Part shown: positions 30,157-39,594 of the stretch, one piece after another | Position numbering within the stretch: position 1 is the stretch's first letter | Layout: each line of letters starts with the position of its first letter | Source of the DNA: a virus | Strand: one strand, 5' to 3' | DNA length: 64,000 bases | Virus record (IMG/VR): IMGVR_UViG_3300022848_000011 | Location: 1 to 64,000 of that record | Notes under the pieces: model-generated | The model's database searches: none | Seen by the model: the letters and a program-made list of their open reading frames with translations, nothing else | Told to the model about the DNA's origin: nothing | Made by a program: the position numbers and the translations under genes

Positions 30157-33100
30157 ATGAACAGAATATTTCCACCATCTATAAATTATCCAAATGGACT
30201 TGACAATGATTATACATTGTTCCTAGTCCACAATACTACCGAATCTGTCTTATCTGAAAATAATTCGGCTTGGGCTTTAGAAATAAGTATCGAGCCTGTT
30301 GATCCAGACCAATTAGAAATTTGGGCAGACAATGGGTTTGCTAATTTAAATGGGGAATTATTATATTATGATACGGTAGAAAAAAACGAATTTGGCAAAG
30401 TAATTAAATTAAAAAATTGTGCTAGAAACATAGGTGGGAAACGAACTGTTTTTCAGAAAAAAGGAACTGATATACGAAGCTATGTCGTTGCTGAACACCA
30501 TAACCAATTAACTCAATCTACTATTGCTACAGAAAGATTCTTAAAAGAAATAGAAGATCAGTTATTATTATTAAATGAAGAAAATACTTGTAAAGATGAT
30601 GCTTTTTGCCCAGATGTTAATTTTAATATAGAAATCAATGAAGAATTAACTAATGATTGTGATGGAATTGTTATTGATTATACAATAAACATAGATGGTG
30701 GGTTTTCTAATTTCGAGTTAGATTTTGGAGACGGAAGATCTACAAATAATCCTACTTCTGGATCTTATACTTTTCCTAAAAACACAGTAATTGATCCTAT
30801 CATTAAAATATCTAATAATAACTGCACAATAATACAATCTCCTTTAGTAAGAAATGAATCAAATGAACCTCAAGAACAAATTGTCAATAATGTTAATTTA
30901 GTACCAATACCACAAATACCAGATTTGCCAGCTTTAACTGTTGGAGATTTAGATGTAGCTGTACCGGAAATAGAATTTCCACAATTTTTTGGTCCATGTA
31001 TCAATTTAAATGGATTTGAAATCAATCCAATTAATATACCTAGTATAATAAGCTTTGGTTCTCTTAATATTCCTAGTATTATAAATTTTAGTCCTCTTAA
31101 TATACCAAGTATAATAAGCTTTGGTCCAGCCCCTAGTTTTAGTCCAATAGGCTTTGGTCCTATAAGCATACCAAGTGTAATAAACTTTGGTATAGCCCCT
31201 AGTTTTAGCCCAATAGGATTTGGTCCTGTAAGTATACCAAGTATAATAAGCTTTGGTCCTGTAAGTATACCAAGTATAATAAGCTTTGGTCCAGCCCCTA
31301 GTTTTAGTCCAATAGGCTTTGGTCCTGCTCCTGAATTTAGTCCGATAGGATTTGGTCCTGCTCCTAGTTTTAGTCCAATAGGATTTGGGCCTGTAAGTGT
31401 ACCAAGTATGATAAGTTTTGGACCTTTGAATATACCAAGTATGATAAGTTTTGGACCTTTGAATATACCTAGTATAATAAGCTTTGGACCTCTTAATATA
31501 CCAAGTGTAATAAGTCTTACTACAGTAGATTTCCCTAGTTTGATAGAATTTGGACCTGTTGATTTCCCTAGTATGATTAACTTTGGGCCTGCTGATATTC
31601 CTTATATAATTACATTTGGACCTGTGGAAGTTCCTAGTATTATCGAATTTGGAACTGTTGATATACCTAGTATTATCGAATTTGGAGAAACGAATATACC
31701 TAGTGTTATTACATTTGGACCTGTTGATATTCCTAGTATTATTATATTTGGACCTGTTGATATACCTAGTATTATTACATTTGAACCTGTTGATATACCT
31801 AGTATTATTACATTTGGACCTGTTGACATACCTAGTGTTATTACATTTGGACCTGTGAATATTCCAGATGAAATTACATTTGGTCCTGTGGATTATATCC
31901 CAGATGAAATTGGTTTTGGTCCTGTTAATCTTCCCAGTGAAATTGGTTTTGGTCCTGTCAGTATTCCCAGTGAAATTGGTTTTGGTCCTGTCAGTCTTCC
32001 CAGTGAAATTACATTTGGTCCTGTGGATATTCCAGACGAAATCACATTTGGAGAAGTAAGTATTCCTAGTGAAATCACATTTGGAGAAGTAAGTATTCCT
32101 AGTGTTATTAACTTTGGCGAGGTAGCTTTTCCTAGTGTTATTAACTTTGGCGAGGTAACTCTACCTAGTATTATAAACTTTGGTGAAGTGAGCATTCCTA
32201 GCGAAATCACATTCGGTGAAGTAAGTATTCCTAGTGAAATTAACTTCGGTCCTGCTCCTGATATTGGACCTGTTTCATTTGGTCCAGCACCATCTATAAG
32301 TGTCACTATACCTGATAGTATGGATTTGAATGTTGATTGGGGGACTATACCAATAATTACTATAACTCCAACACACATTGATCCTATACATGTAAATGTT
32401 ACCTTTGATCCAATGCCTCCCATCCCTCCCATATTAATCAGTTTCACGGGAGATGCTATTCCTGTTAATGTTGATTGGGGAATTATACCACCTGTAGGGG
32501 TGGTCTGGGGTCCTACACCTACAATCGATCCTATTCAATTTGGTCCTGCTAATATTTCACCTGTTCAATTTGGTCCTGCCAATATTTCACCTGTTCAATT
32601 TGGTCCTGCTCCACCGCTTACTGTTACTTGGGGTCCTACACCGACTTTAGAATGTAACGTAACTGTTACTTGCCCAAACTCTGCCATGGCTGCACAATCG
32701 AATAAAAATTTCACTGAAGAAGACTTTGTAGATGATTTTGAATCGATGGAAATTGAAACTGAGGGAATTGGAATACCGTCAGAGATTATTATCAGGGCTC
32801 CTAAATTTCCTGAAATAAAAATACAGCATGATATTCCAGAATTCATCGAATTAAAAGCTCCAGATTCTATAGATCTTAATGTGAAACTAGAAAGCAATTT
32901 ACCTAAATCGATTGAATTGAACTCTTCGAAACTGCCCAAATCAATCCAATTATTAACAAATGGATTAGAAAAAGGAATATTACTAGATTCTTCTAATGTT
33001 TCTATTAAACTTGAGATGCCTATGGAACTTCCAAAGTTACAAATAGATACAAGTAAATTATCAGAAGGCATACCTGTAACTGGAATTCCTGATTCGATCC

Positions 33101-33267
33101 AGGTAAATATGCCAAGTGAAATCACTGCAAAGTTTGAACTCCCTAAAGATTTAGAGGTTCCATTAGTATTTAAGGGCGATCCCATTCCTCTTAAGCTCGA
33201 CACTTCATCATTTAATGATGACGATGATGGACCTTGTTTTAGACTACAACCTTGTGGGAAAAACTAA
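30157..33267 (+). CDS. Fibre-like protein with PKD-like domain and long 11-aa Pro/Ile/Gly repeat shaft (paralogue 3)
   Basis: LDFGDG, then dozens of xIPSxIxFGPV units. Confidence 0.8.
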   Translation: MNRIFPPSINYPNGLDNDYTLFLVHNTTESVLSENNSAWALEISIEPVDPDQLEIWADNGFANLNGELLYYDTVEKNEFGKVIKLKNCARNIGGKRTVFQKKGTDIRSYVVAEHHNQLTQSTIATERFLKEIEDQLLLLNEENTCKDDAFCPDVNFNIEINEELTNDCDGIVIDYTINIDGGFSNFELDFGDGRSTNNPTSGSYTFPKNTVIDPIIKISNNNCTIIQSPLVRNESNEPQEQIVNNVNLVPIPQIPDLPALTVGDLDVAVPEIEFPQFFGPCINLNGFEINPINIPSIISFGSLNIPSIINFSPLNIPSIISFGPAPSFSPIGFGPISIPSVINFGIAPSFSPIGFGPVSIPSIISFGPVSIPSIISFGPAPSFSPIGFGPAPEFSPIGFGPAPSFSPIGFGPVSVPSMISFGPLNIPSMISFGPLNIPSIISFGPLNIPSVISLTTVDFPSLIEFGPVDFPSMINFGPADIPYIITFGPVEVPSIIEFGTVDIPSIIEFGETNIPSVITFGPVDIPSIIIFGPVDIPSIITFEPVDIPSIITFGPVDIPSVITFGPVNIPDEITFGPVDYIPDEIGFGPVNLPSEIGFGPVSIPSEIGFGPVSLPSEITFGPVDIPDEITFGEVSIPSEITFGEVSIPSVINFGEVAFPSVINFGEVTLPSIINFGEVSIPSEITFGEVSIPSEINFGPAPDIGPVSFGPAPSISVTIPDSMDLNVDWGTIPIITITPTHIDPIHVNVTFDPMPPIPPILISFTGDAIPVNVDWGIIPPVGVVWGPTPTIDPIQFGPANISPVQFGPANISPVQFGPAPPLTVTWGPTPTLECNVTVTCPNSAMAAQSNKNFTEEDFVDDFESMEIETEGIGIPSEIIIRAPKFPEIKIQHDIPEFIELKAPDSIDLNVKLESNLPKSIELNSSKLPKSIQLLTNGLEKGILLDSSNVSIKLEMPMELPKLQIDTSKLSEGIPVTGIPDSIQVNMPSEITAKFELPKDLEVPLVFKGDPIPLKLDTSSFNDDDDGPCFRLQPCGKN
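31030..32290 (+). repeat. Degenerate 33-bp coding repeat array (IPSIISFGPVx)
   Basis: Recurrent (A/T)CC(A/T)AGT...TTTGG(A/T)CC units at about 33-bp spacing. Confidence 0.9.
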
Positions 33268-34076
33268 TGAGAATAAAAAAATCTAATAATAACAGTTATG
33301 TTAATGAATCTGGATTTTGGATTAGGGATTTTACACAAATAAAAAATAGAAGTATTGATATAAATAAATTCTTTGATAAAGAAGATATGGATTTATTTAT
33401 AAAAAACGAAAAAATGAATAAAAGATTAATGAAAGCAACTAAGCCTAAAGAACAAAAAAAAGTTTTGATTGTTTCTGATGGTTATGCTTTAAAGGAAAAA
33501 CAATTATTTTTAGACAATATTGATAATAATACATATGTTATATTGACAAATAATTCTATTAGATATTGGGAATTAAATCATAATATTTATTTGGTAAATA
33601 ATCCATATGAAGATTGTCTCAAGTATATGTCTAGCAAGATTAAAAATTGTTTATCTTCATGTAGAACTAATCCTAATTACTTAAATAAAATTAAGTCAAA
33701 TATTACTTTATATCAACCAACAAAAAATTCTTTTTATTCTGGGGTTTATGATTGGTATAATGTTAAATTAGATGATTATAGAAGTAGTATTACTGCTGCA
33801 TTACATTATGCGTATTTAATGAATCCTGAAAGAATTTGTCTTTTATGTACTGATAGTTGCCACGAAATTAAAAAACCTGGAATGGTTCAATCATTTTATG
33901 GTTTATATCAATATGAACAAAATTTTTTATCAGAAAAAATACTAGATACTATGTTGTTTTGGCTTCTTGATAAGGATGTAGATGTCAGAATTCATTCTTC
34001 TGGACATGAGTATAAAAACGCCAAATACATAGAAGAGGAAAATATATTAGATTTTATAGGTGGTAAAAATGAGTAA
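33267..34076 (+). CDS. Maf/DUF115-like glycosyltransferase-fold protein
   Basis: KVLIVSDGYAL (GxGPSL-like), VILTNNS and AALHYAYLMNPERICLLCTD. Start ATG 33267 is coupled to the upstream stop. Confidence 0.55.
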   Translation: MRIKKSNNNSYVNESGFWIRDFTQIKNRSIDINKFFDKEDMDLFIKNEKMNKRLMKATKPKEQKKVLIVSDGYALKEKQLFLDNIDNNTYVILTNNSIRYWELNHNIYLVNNPYEDCLKYMSSKIKNCLSSCRTNPNYLNKIKSNITLYQPTKNSFYSGVYDWYNVKLDDYRSSITAALHYAYLMNPERICLLCTDSCHEIKKPGMVQSFYGLYQYEQNFLSEKILDTMLFWLLDKDVDVRIHSSGHEYKNAKYIEEENILDFIGGKNE

Positions 34077-34338
34077 TTTCAGGGATTGGGAATTAGATCA
34101 ACCAAATAAACCAAGTAAAAAACAGAATCGGTTAGTTGGGAGATACGTCGAGAGTAGAGTCAAATCGAAAAAGATTTACAATGAAATGGAAGAAGGCGAA
34201 GCAGATTCTTTAAAAGAACTGGTAATTGACTTTACTGGTAGTGGAGGAGTGATCAAGGAAGTAAATGGAGAGCATTATTTAATCGAAACAAAAGTAGGAA
34301 ACTTCTTTATTCATAAACGATTCCTACGATTAATTTGA
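34069..34338 (+). CDS. Small hypothetical protein
   Basis: Coupled ORF with N-terminus MSNFRDWE. Confidence 0.6.
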   Translation: MSNFRDWELDQPNKPSKKQNRLVGRYVESRVKSKKIYNEMEEGEADSLKELVIDFTGSGGVIKEVNGEHYLIETKVGNFFIHKRFLRLI

Positions 34339-34736
34339 TCGGAACCTTTTCTCAACATAGGTTTTTTTATATTAAGCTGATTCGCAACCACATTCGTAAT
34401 TTTTGTGTTTGCGAATTTTTTTTGTGATCTAGATTCTAATTTGATTCCTTTCTTATTCAGAGAACTTTCCCAATCAGCTAAGTTTTTACCTATTTCTAGT
34501 TTTATTTCATTACTTCTTAAATCTTCTTTTGAAAGAGAGTTAATAAATTGGCTAACTTCCGCAGGAAGTAGTCGTAGATTACTTCCATTAATTTCTATTA
34601 CACCTGTATTATTATTATCACAAGGAAAAGATTTAATTAATTTAGCTTCTTTTTGGTTTCTCTTTAGACTGTAAAGAAATAGGTAGTTCATAAATTTCTC
34701 GCAGGACGTAATCCAATACTTTTTGGGTGTTTTCAT
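34311..34736 (-). CDS. Hypothetical protein
   Basis: 141-aa ORF filling the gap between + strand genes. Confidence 0.55.
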   Translation of the reverse strand: MKTPKKYWITSCEKFMNYLFLYSLKRNQKEAKLIKSFPCDNNNTGVIEINGSNLRLLPAEVSQFINSLSKEDLRSNEIKLEIGKNLADWESSLNKKGIKLESRSQKKFANTKITNVVANQLNIKKPMLRKGSDQINRRNRL

Positions 34737-34786
34737 CTTTATTAAAGTTAGACAGAAAAATATTTAATGCTTTTTGGGATTCCTTA

Positions 34787-35080
34787 ATGATATCTTTTTC
34801 CATTTTTCAACACACTTATAATAAAATTTGTATTTGTTACTTTGGTAATGATGCCTTAATTATAAAACAATTATTCAAAATTATAAAAGAACTAGAAAAA
34901 AAACATCAAGATATAGTATTTAGTGTTTGTTTAAGAGATGATCTGGAAACCGAAGAAAAAAACATAAAAAAAACAAATTTTAAAAAAAATGATTTTGGCT
35001 ACACTTATGTATTAGAAGGAAGTCCGACAGACAACTTGGTAAATATTTTACGTAAAGATTTTGATATCTTTAATAAATAA
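34787..35080 (+). CDS. Hypothetical protein
   Basis: Likely ATG at 34787. Weak resemblance to a GT9 N-terminal lobe. Confidence 0.5.
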   Translation: MISFSIFQHTYNKICICYFGNDALIIKQLFKIIKELEKKHQDIVFSVCLRDDLETEEKNIKKTNFKKNDFGYTYVLEGSPTDNLVNILRKDFDIFNK

Positions 35081-35133
35081 TACCGAAGACGCAACAATTA
35101 AATAAGTTTTTTAAAATTCTATTGGAGAATTAG

Positions 35134-35709
35134 ATGAGTGTTTTTAAAGTTAAGTTAAGTACTGGTAAGCAAGGTCGATTAGATATTGACCCAAGAACTA
35201 ACGAGCCATTTGACGTTTCGAAGCAAAGAACCGTTTACGTAATGGGTCCTGGGAAAGTTAATCGTAAATTGGTTGATGGTGAAACCTTCACCGATTGTAA
35301 TTACTGGAAGAAGTTTGCTTATCCTGCTATGCCTTTGGATGAAGCATATCTTGAAGTCGTAACTGATGATGGATCTGTTTACAGTGAAGATGGAAGTAAT
35401 GTATATCCTAAGGTTTACGATCTTTCGGTTACTGCTACATCAACTTATGTTGATAATGCCGTTGATATCGTTGGTGATAATGGTAGTTATGCAATGTTTA
35501 CACAAATCACTAACAAGCATGAAACTCAAGATTTAAAGATGAAGTTAAATGGAAGTGCTATTTTGGATCTTCCTGCTAACAGTGTCCAAGTTTTCAATGC
35601 AGGTGATTTGGATATCTCTAAGATTGAATTCGACAACAGTGAATCAGGTGCCGTTGGACCAGTATTAGTTCAAGTTGTTCTTTCAATTGCCTCTGGTTGT
35701 AACAGCTAA
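35134..35709 (+). CDS. Probable structural protein
   Basis: GGAG RBS, its own terminator and a beta-rich sequence. Confidence 0.6.
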   Translation: MSVFKVKLSTGKQGRLDIDPRTNEPFDVSKQRTVYVMGPGKVNRKLVDGETFTDCNYWKKFAYPAMPLDEAYLEVVTDDGSVYSEDGSNVYPKVYDLSVTATSTYVDNAVDIVGDNGSYAMFTQITNKHETQDLKMKLNGSAILDLPANSVQVFNAGDLDISKIEFDNSESGAVGPVLVQVVLSIASGCNS

Positions 35710-35732
35710 TTTCAGCTAATTAATCAAATACT

Positions 35733-35771
35733 ATAAGACTTGTGGATTATGTCTGCAAGTCTTATTTTTTT
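35733..35771 (+). terminator. Rho-independent terminator
   Basis: ATAAGACTTG...CAAGTCTTAT stem followed by a T run. Confidence 0.8.
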
Positions 35772-35787
35772 GTACTTTACTAAAATA

Positions 35788-36714
35788 ATGGTTAAAGTAA
35801 TATCTAAGTCACCTATAATTAAAACAAAATTATCACCTATATCATATATAAAAAATTACAATAAAATATTGTTAAAAAGACATACAGGTGGTCTTGGTGA
35901 TATCTTGATGCATAGAATGTTATTCAAAAACATAAAAAAACAAATACCTAAATCCAAATTACACTTTGCATGTCCTTCTTACTATTTAAAGGCTGTTGAA
36001 GATTCTGAGTTTTTAGATCAAGTAATTGATGTAAATAATGTAAATGATTCAGAATATGCAGTTGTTTATACTACTACCCATCAAGCTAATAAATATGAAT
36101 CATGCATAGCTCCAGAATCGGATAAACACAGATCTGATATTTGGGGGCAATCTTTTGGTTTAGAACTTAAATATCATGATATGGATTTTAACTTAAACCA
36201 AAATCTAATTAATCAATACAAAAATAAGTATGGAGATTTTATTTGTTTTTGCCCTGTTTCAGCTATATTAACCAAAAACCTTCTTAATCACCAAATAGAT
36301 GTTTTTCTAGATAATTTCACAAATTTGATATGTTTGCATAAGAATAAAATAGATTATTTACCAAATAATCTTAAACAAATAAACAATACTTCTATAAGTG
36401 AGTGGATGCATATAATCGCTGCTTCAAAAGGTGTTATATCTGTTGATAGTGCAGCTTTTCACATGGCAGGTGGTTTAGGAAAGCCTTTACTTGGTATTTT
36501 TACATATGCAGATGGTACTATTTATGGCAAGTATTATGATCATATATTGATACAAAAACATAGAAAAAATGGAAATTGGGATTGTGGACCATGTTATTCT
36601 TGGTCTAATTGCTGTAAAACTAAACAAAATATAAAACCTTGTTTGACAGAAATTAGTAAATATGAGTTGGTTGAAGGCATAAATACATTTAAAGATAAAT
36701 ATAATTTAAAATAA
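35788..36714 (+). CDS. Glycosyltransferase family 9 (heptosyltransferase-like)
   Basis: GGLGDILM, ISVDSAAFHMAGGLGKPLLGIF and a C-terminal CGPC...C...CL. Start placed after the terminator. Confidence 0.88.
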   Translation: MVKVISKSPIIKTKLSPISYIKNYNKILLKRHTGGLGDILMHRMLFKNIKKQIPKSKLHFACPSYYLKAVEDSEFLDQVIDVNNVNDSEYAVVYTTTHQANKYESCIAPESDKHRSDIWGQSFGLELKYHDMDFNLNQNLINQYKNKYGDFICFCPVSAILTKNLLNHQIDVFLDNFTNLICLHKNKIDYLPNNLKQINNTSISEWMHIIAASKGVISVDSAAFHMAGGLGKPLLGIFTYADGTIYGKYYDHILIQKHRKNGNWDCGPCYSWSNCCKTKQNIKPCLTEISKYELVEGINTFKDKYNLK

Positions 36715-36746
36715 TTGCTAAAGTTACTAATTTAAAGGTGAGGCTA

Positions 36747-36971
36747 ATGCCAAATTTAATTAAAACAGGAGATACAAAGATAATTACAAAAGATGGGGAA
36801 GTCTTTGTAAACATATCGTTGGAACTTAATATTAAATTAGATGGTAACAATTTGTCGATACAGGCAAATGATACTAATGAAATTAAAAAACAAGAAGATA
36901 AAACTGATTGGGTAATACCAAGTTTTAAAAGCAAAAATAAAAAGAAAATAAATTTTGGCGATAAAGAATAA
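36747..36971 (+). CDS. Small hypothetical protein
   Basis: GGTGAGG RBS before ATG 36747. Confidence 0.6.
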   Translation: MPNLIKTGDTKIITKDGEVFVNISLELNIKLDGNNLSIQANDTNEIKKQEDKTDWVIPSFKSKNKKKINFGDKE

Positions 36972-36991
36972 AATAATAGAAAGGTGATAAA

Positions 36992-38002
36992 ATGAATGTT
37001 TTGGGTTTCGATGTTGGTACTTACAATTTAATCTCTTGTTCAAGACAAGAAAACAATTACGAATACAAAAGAGAAGTAAATGGTTTTGTCAAGTTAAATA
37101 TTGAATCTAGAGCAATATTTAACATGATGGAAAAATCAGGCGTAAAATTAGTAGAATTCCCTGATGAAAACGTGGCTTATGCACTAGGAAAAAACGCTGT
37201 AGAAATGGCACGCACTTTACCTAATGTAGAATTGTTGCGTCCTATGAAAGATGGGTGTCTTAATCCAAAAGAACATTATGCTCAAGAAATTATGAGTATG
37301 ATGATTCACGGAATGATAGGAGAAATCGAACAAGACAATACAACTCTTTTTTATAGTGTCCCTGCGAATGCACTTAATGAAGAAACTGATGCTGATTACC
37401 ATCAGAAAGTGTTACAACAAATTTTTGATGATTATGAAAGTGATCAGGGTTTTAAACTTGATGCCAGACCAATCAATGAAGCATTAGCTCTTGTGTATGC
37501 AGAACTAGAAGAAAAAGCCTGGACGGGGATCGGGATCTCATGCGGGTCGGGGATGGTAAATATTTGTTATTCTATATTTGGAGCACCCGTCTTCCAATTT
37601 TCTATTGTAAATAGTGGTGATTGGATTGATAAACAAGCATCAAAAGCATTAGGTGAAACAACTACCACCTATGTAAATAGACAAAAAGAAAAAATCGACT
37701 TCACAATACAACAAGATGAGCTAGTTTTCAGAGCAATCAAAACTCAATATGAAATCATGATTCATAATACTGTTAATAAAATTGTTGAAGGATTCGAAAA
37801 AGCAGGACATAACACAAGAACAGATAAACCCGTTGATATTATTTTGGCTGGCGGAACCGCAACTCCAAACGGATTCGAAGAATTGTTTAAAGAAGCATTA
37901 AATAAAGTTAAATTGCCGATTAAAGTTGGAGAAATTATCAAGCCCAAAGAACCAGTTAAATCAGTAGCAAGAGGTTGTTTGGTTGCTGCTGAAAATGCAT
38001 AA
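36992..38002 (+). CDS. Actin-like ATPase (MreB/ParM/MamK superfamily)
   Basis: Phosphate-1 GFDVGT, connect INEALA, phosphate-2 GISCGSGMVN, adenosine IILAGGTA and VARGCL. Confidence 0.88.
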   Translation: MNVLGFDVGTYNLISCSRQENNYEYKREVNGFVKLNIESRAIFNMMEKSGVKLVEFPDENVAYALGKNAVEMARTLPNVELLRPMKDGCLNPKEHYAQEIMSMMIHGMIGEIEQDNTTLFYSVPANALNEETDADYHQKVLQQIFDDYESDQGFKLDARPINEALALVYAELEEKAWTGIGISCGSGMVNICYSIFGAPVFQFSIVNSGDWIDKQASKALGETTTTYVNRQKEKIDFTIQQDELVFRAIKTQYEIMIHNTVNKIVEGFEKAGHNTRTDKPVDIILAGGTATPNGFEELFKEALNKVKLPIKVGEIIKPKEPVKSVARGCLVAAENA

Positions 38003-38032
38003 TTAGTAAATTAAAAGAAAGAGAGAAAGAAT

Positions 38033-38266
38033 ATGGATAAGAAAGTTTCAGATTTAGGAGCAGGTGCCTATTTGTTAATGCATGGCTATAAAGTTATTGG
38101 AAGACAAGGCAGAGATATTATGTTTGAAGTAGAAGGTGAAAATGCAGATAGAGAATTCGAAGAAAGAAAGATGGAATACTTATCTAGCGAATTTCACAGA
38201 TTTGATTCATATATAATGTCATTAAAGAAAATGAGTGATAATAGTTACTATGGTAAAAAAAGATGA
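38033..38266 (+). CDS. Small protein, DUF5659-like
   Basis: SDLGAGAYLLMHGYKVIG...FE pattern. Confidence 0.5.
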   Translation: MDKKVSDLGAGAYLLMHGYKVIGRQGRDIMFEVEGENADREFEERKMEYLSSEFHRFDSYIMSLKKMSDNSYYGKKR

Positions 38267-39594
38267 GTGAACAAAACAGTTTTGTAAATCCAATGGAACA
38301 ATTAAAAGATAAGTTCGACAAAGAGATTGAAACATTAATTGATAGAGAGTTAATTGCAAAATTGGAACCAATCATTAATCAACAAAGGCAACAAGTAAAT
38401 CCGCAAGTTGATCAGCAACCTACGCAAAGTAGTATGGGGCGACCCACCACATCAACTGATAATATGGCTAGATCAATTAACTCCACAGATCAACAAAGAT
38501 CTTCACAGAGAAATAACCAAGGAGTGATTAAATCGCCTAAGTGGAAAGGAATCAGGGGCTTGTGGCGATCTATTTGGAAAGGTAATTCTTTTGATAATCC
38601 AGACTATCTTAATAATTTAAGATTAAACAATCAATTACCTTGGCAAAATAGAAAGAATGAAAATTTAATTACCTTAGAAGAATATAGTCATTTGAAAGAA
38701 TGTGCAAATATGTTCTTTGAAGATAATTTTGATTTCCAACACCTTAACGAAAACATGAGTCTTGCTGGACCAATTATAGCAAATTTCAAACAAGAATTAG
38801 TAAAAACCTTGAGAGATCAATATACCCGAATAACTAAGTTCCTCAAAGACCAAGATAACAACACTGAACAACCAAGTCATCCTGTCGCTGCAAGTATGCC
38901 ACCTGCTTCGACAACTACAAGTAGATCTCAAGACGTAGAAATTGAAGATGATGACGATGATGATGATGAAATAAAAGGAATCGAAAGAGAACTAGGAATA
39001 GATCCTAACATTAATGATTACTTGGATGATGAAGAAGACGATGATGATGAAGACACTACTCCAACTGTTCGAAATCAAACATCAGATGCAGAAGATAAAG
39101 CTAGAAAAGATGCAGAAGATAAAGCTAGAAAAGACGCAGAAGATAAAGCTAGAAAAGACGCAGAAGATAAAGCTAGAAAAGACGCAGAAGATAAAGCTAG
39201 AAAAGACGCAGAAGATAAGGCTAGAAAAGACGCAGAAGATAAAGCTAGAAAAGACGCAGAAGATAAGGCTAGAAAAGACGCAGAAGATAAAGCTAGAAAA
39301 GATGCAGAGCCAGATGAGTTAGATGATATTGAAGATGATATTGAAGATGATATTGAAGATGATATTGATCTTAGCAATGTAAGTATAGAAGATTTGATAG
39401 ACAGGTTACCAGAAAGACATAAACTTACTGGGCAGAATAGTTATCAGGATTTAAAGCAAAAATTAAAAAATAATAACATGTCTCAGGATGAATTTGACCA
39501 AGAATTAGATGATCTTAAAAACACATTTAGCAATCTTGCCCCATCAAAAAAATCCACCAAAAAAGATTACACAGACACTTTTGAAGATTTTTAG
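38263..39594 (+). CDS. Low-complexity acidic protein with charged helical repeat
   Basis: Poly-D tracts and 9 x DAEDKARK. Confidence 0.75.
   Translation: MSEQNSFVNPMEQLKDKFDKEIETLIDRELIAKLEPIINQQRQQVNPQVDQQPTQSSMGRPTTSTDNMARSINSTDQQRSSQRNNQGVIKSPKWKGIRGLWRSIWKGNSFDNPDYLNNLRLNNQLPWQNRKNENLITLEEYSHLKECANMFFEDNFDFQHLNENMSLAGPIIANFKQELVKTLRDQYTRITKFLKDQDNNTEQPSHPVAASMPPASTTTSRSQDVEIEDDDDDDDEIKGIERELGIDPNINDYLDDEEDDDDEDTTPTVRNQTSDAEDKARKDAEDKARKDAEDKARKDAEDKARKDAEDKARKDAEDKARKDAEDKARKDAEDKARKDAEDKARKDAEPDELDDIEDDIEDDIEDDIDLSNVSIEDLIDRLPERHKLTGQNSYQDLKQKLKNNNMSQDEFDQELDDLKNTFSNLAPSKKSTKKDYTDTFEDF
39085..39309 (+). repeat. 9 x 24-bp tandem repeat GA(T/C)GCAGAAGATAA(A/G)GCTAGAAAA
   Basis: Read directly; copies differ only at synonymous positions. 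A 12-bp GATGATATTGAA repeat follows at about 39322-39369. Confidence 0.97.

Noticed and set aside
24519-33366. Intragenic TATAAATA matches at 24519 and 33359
   Set aside because: They are far from start codons and expected by chance in such AT-rich DNA.
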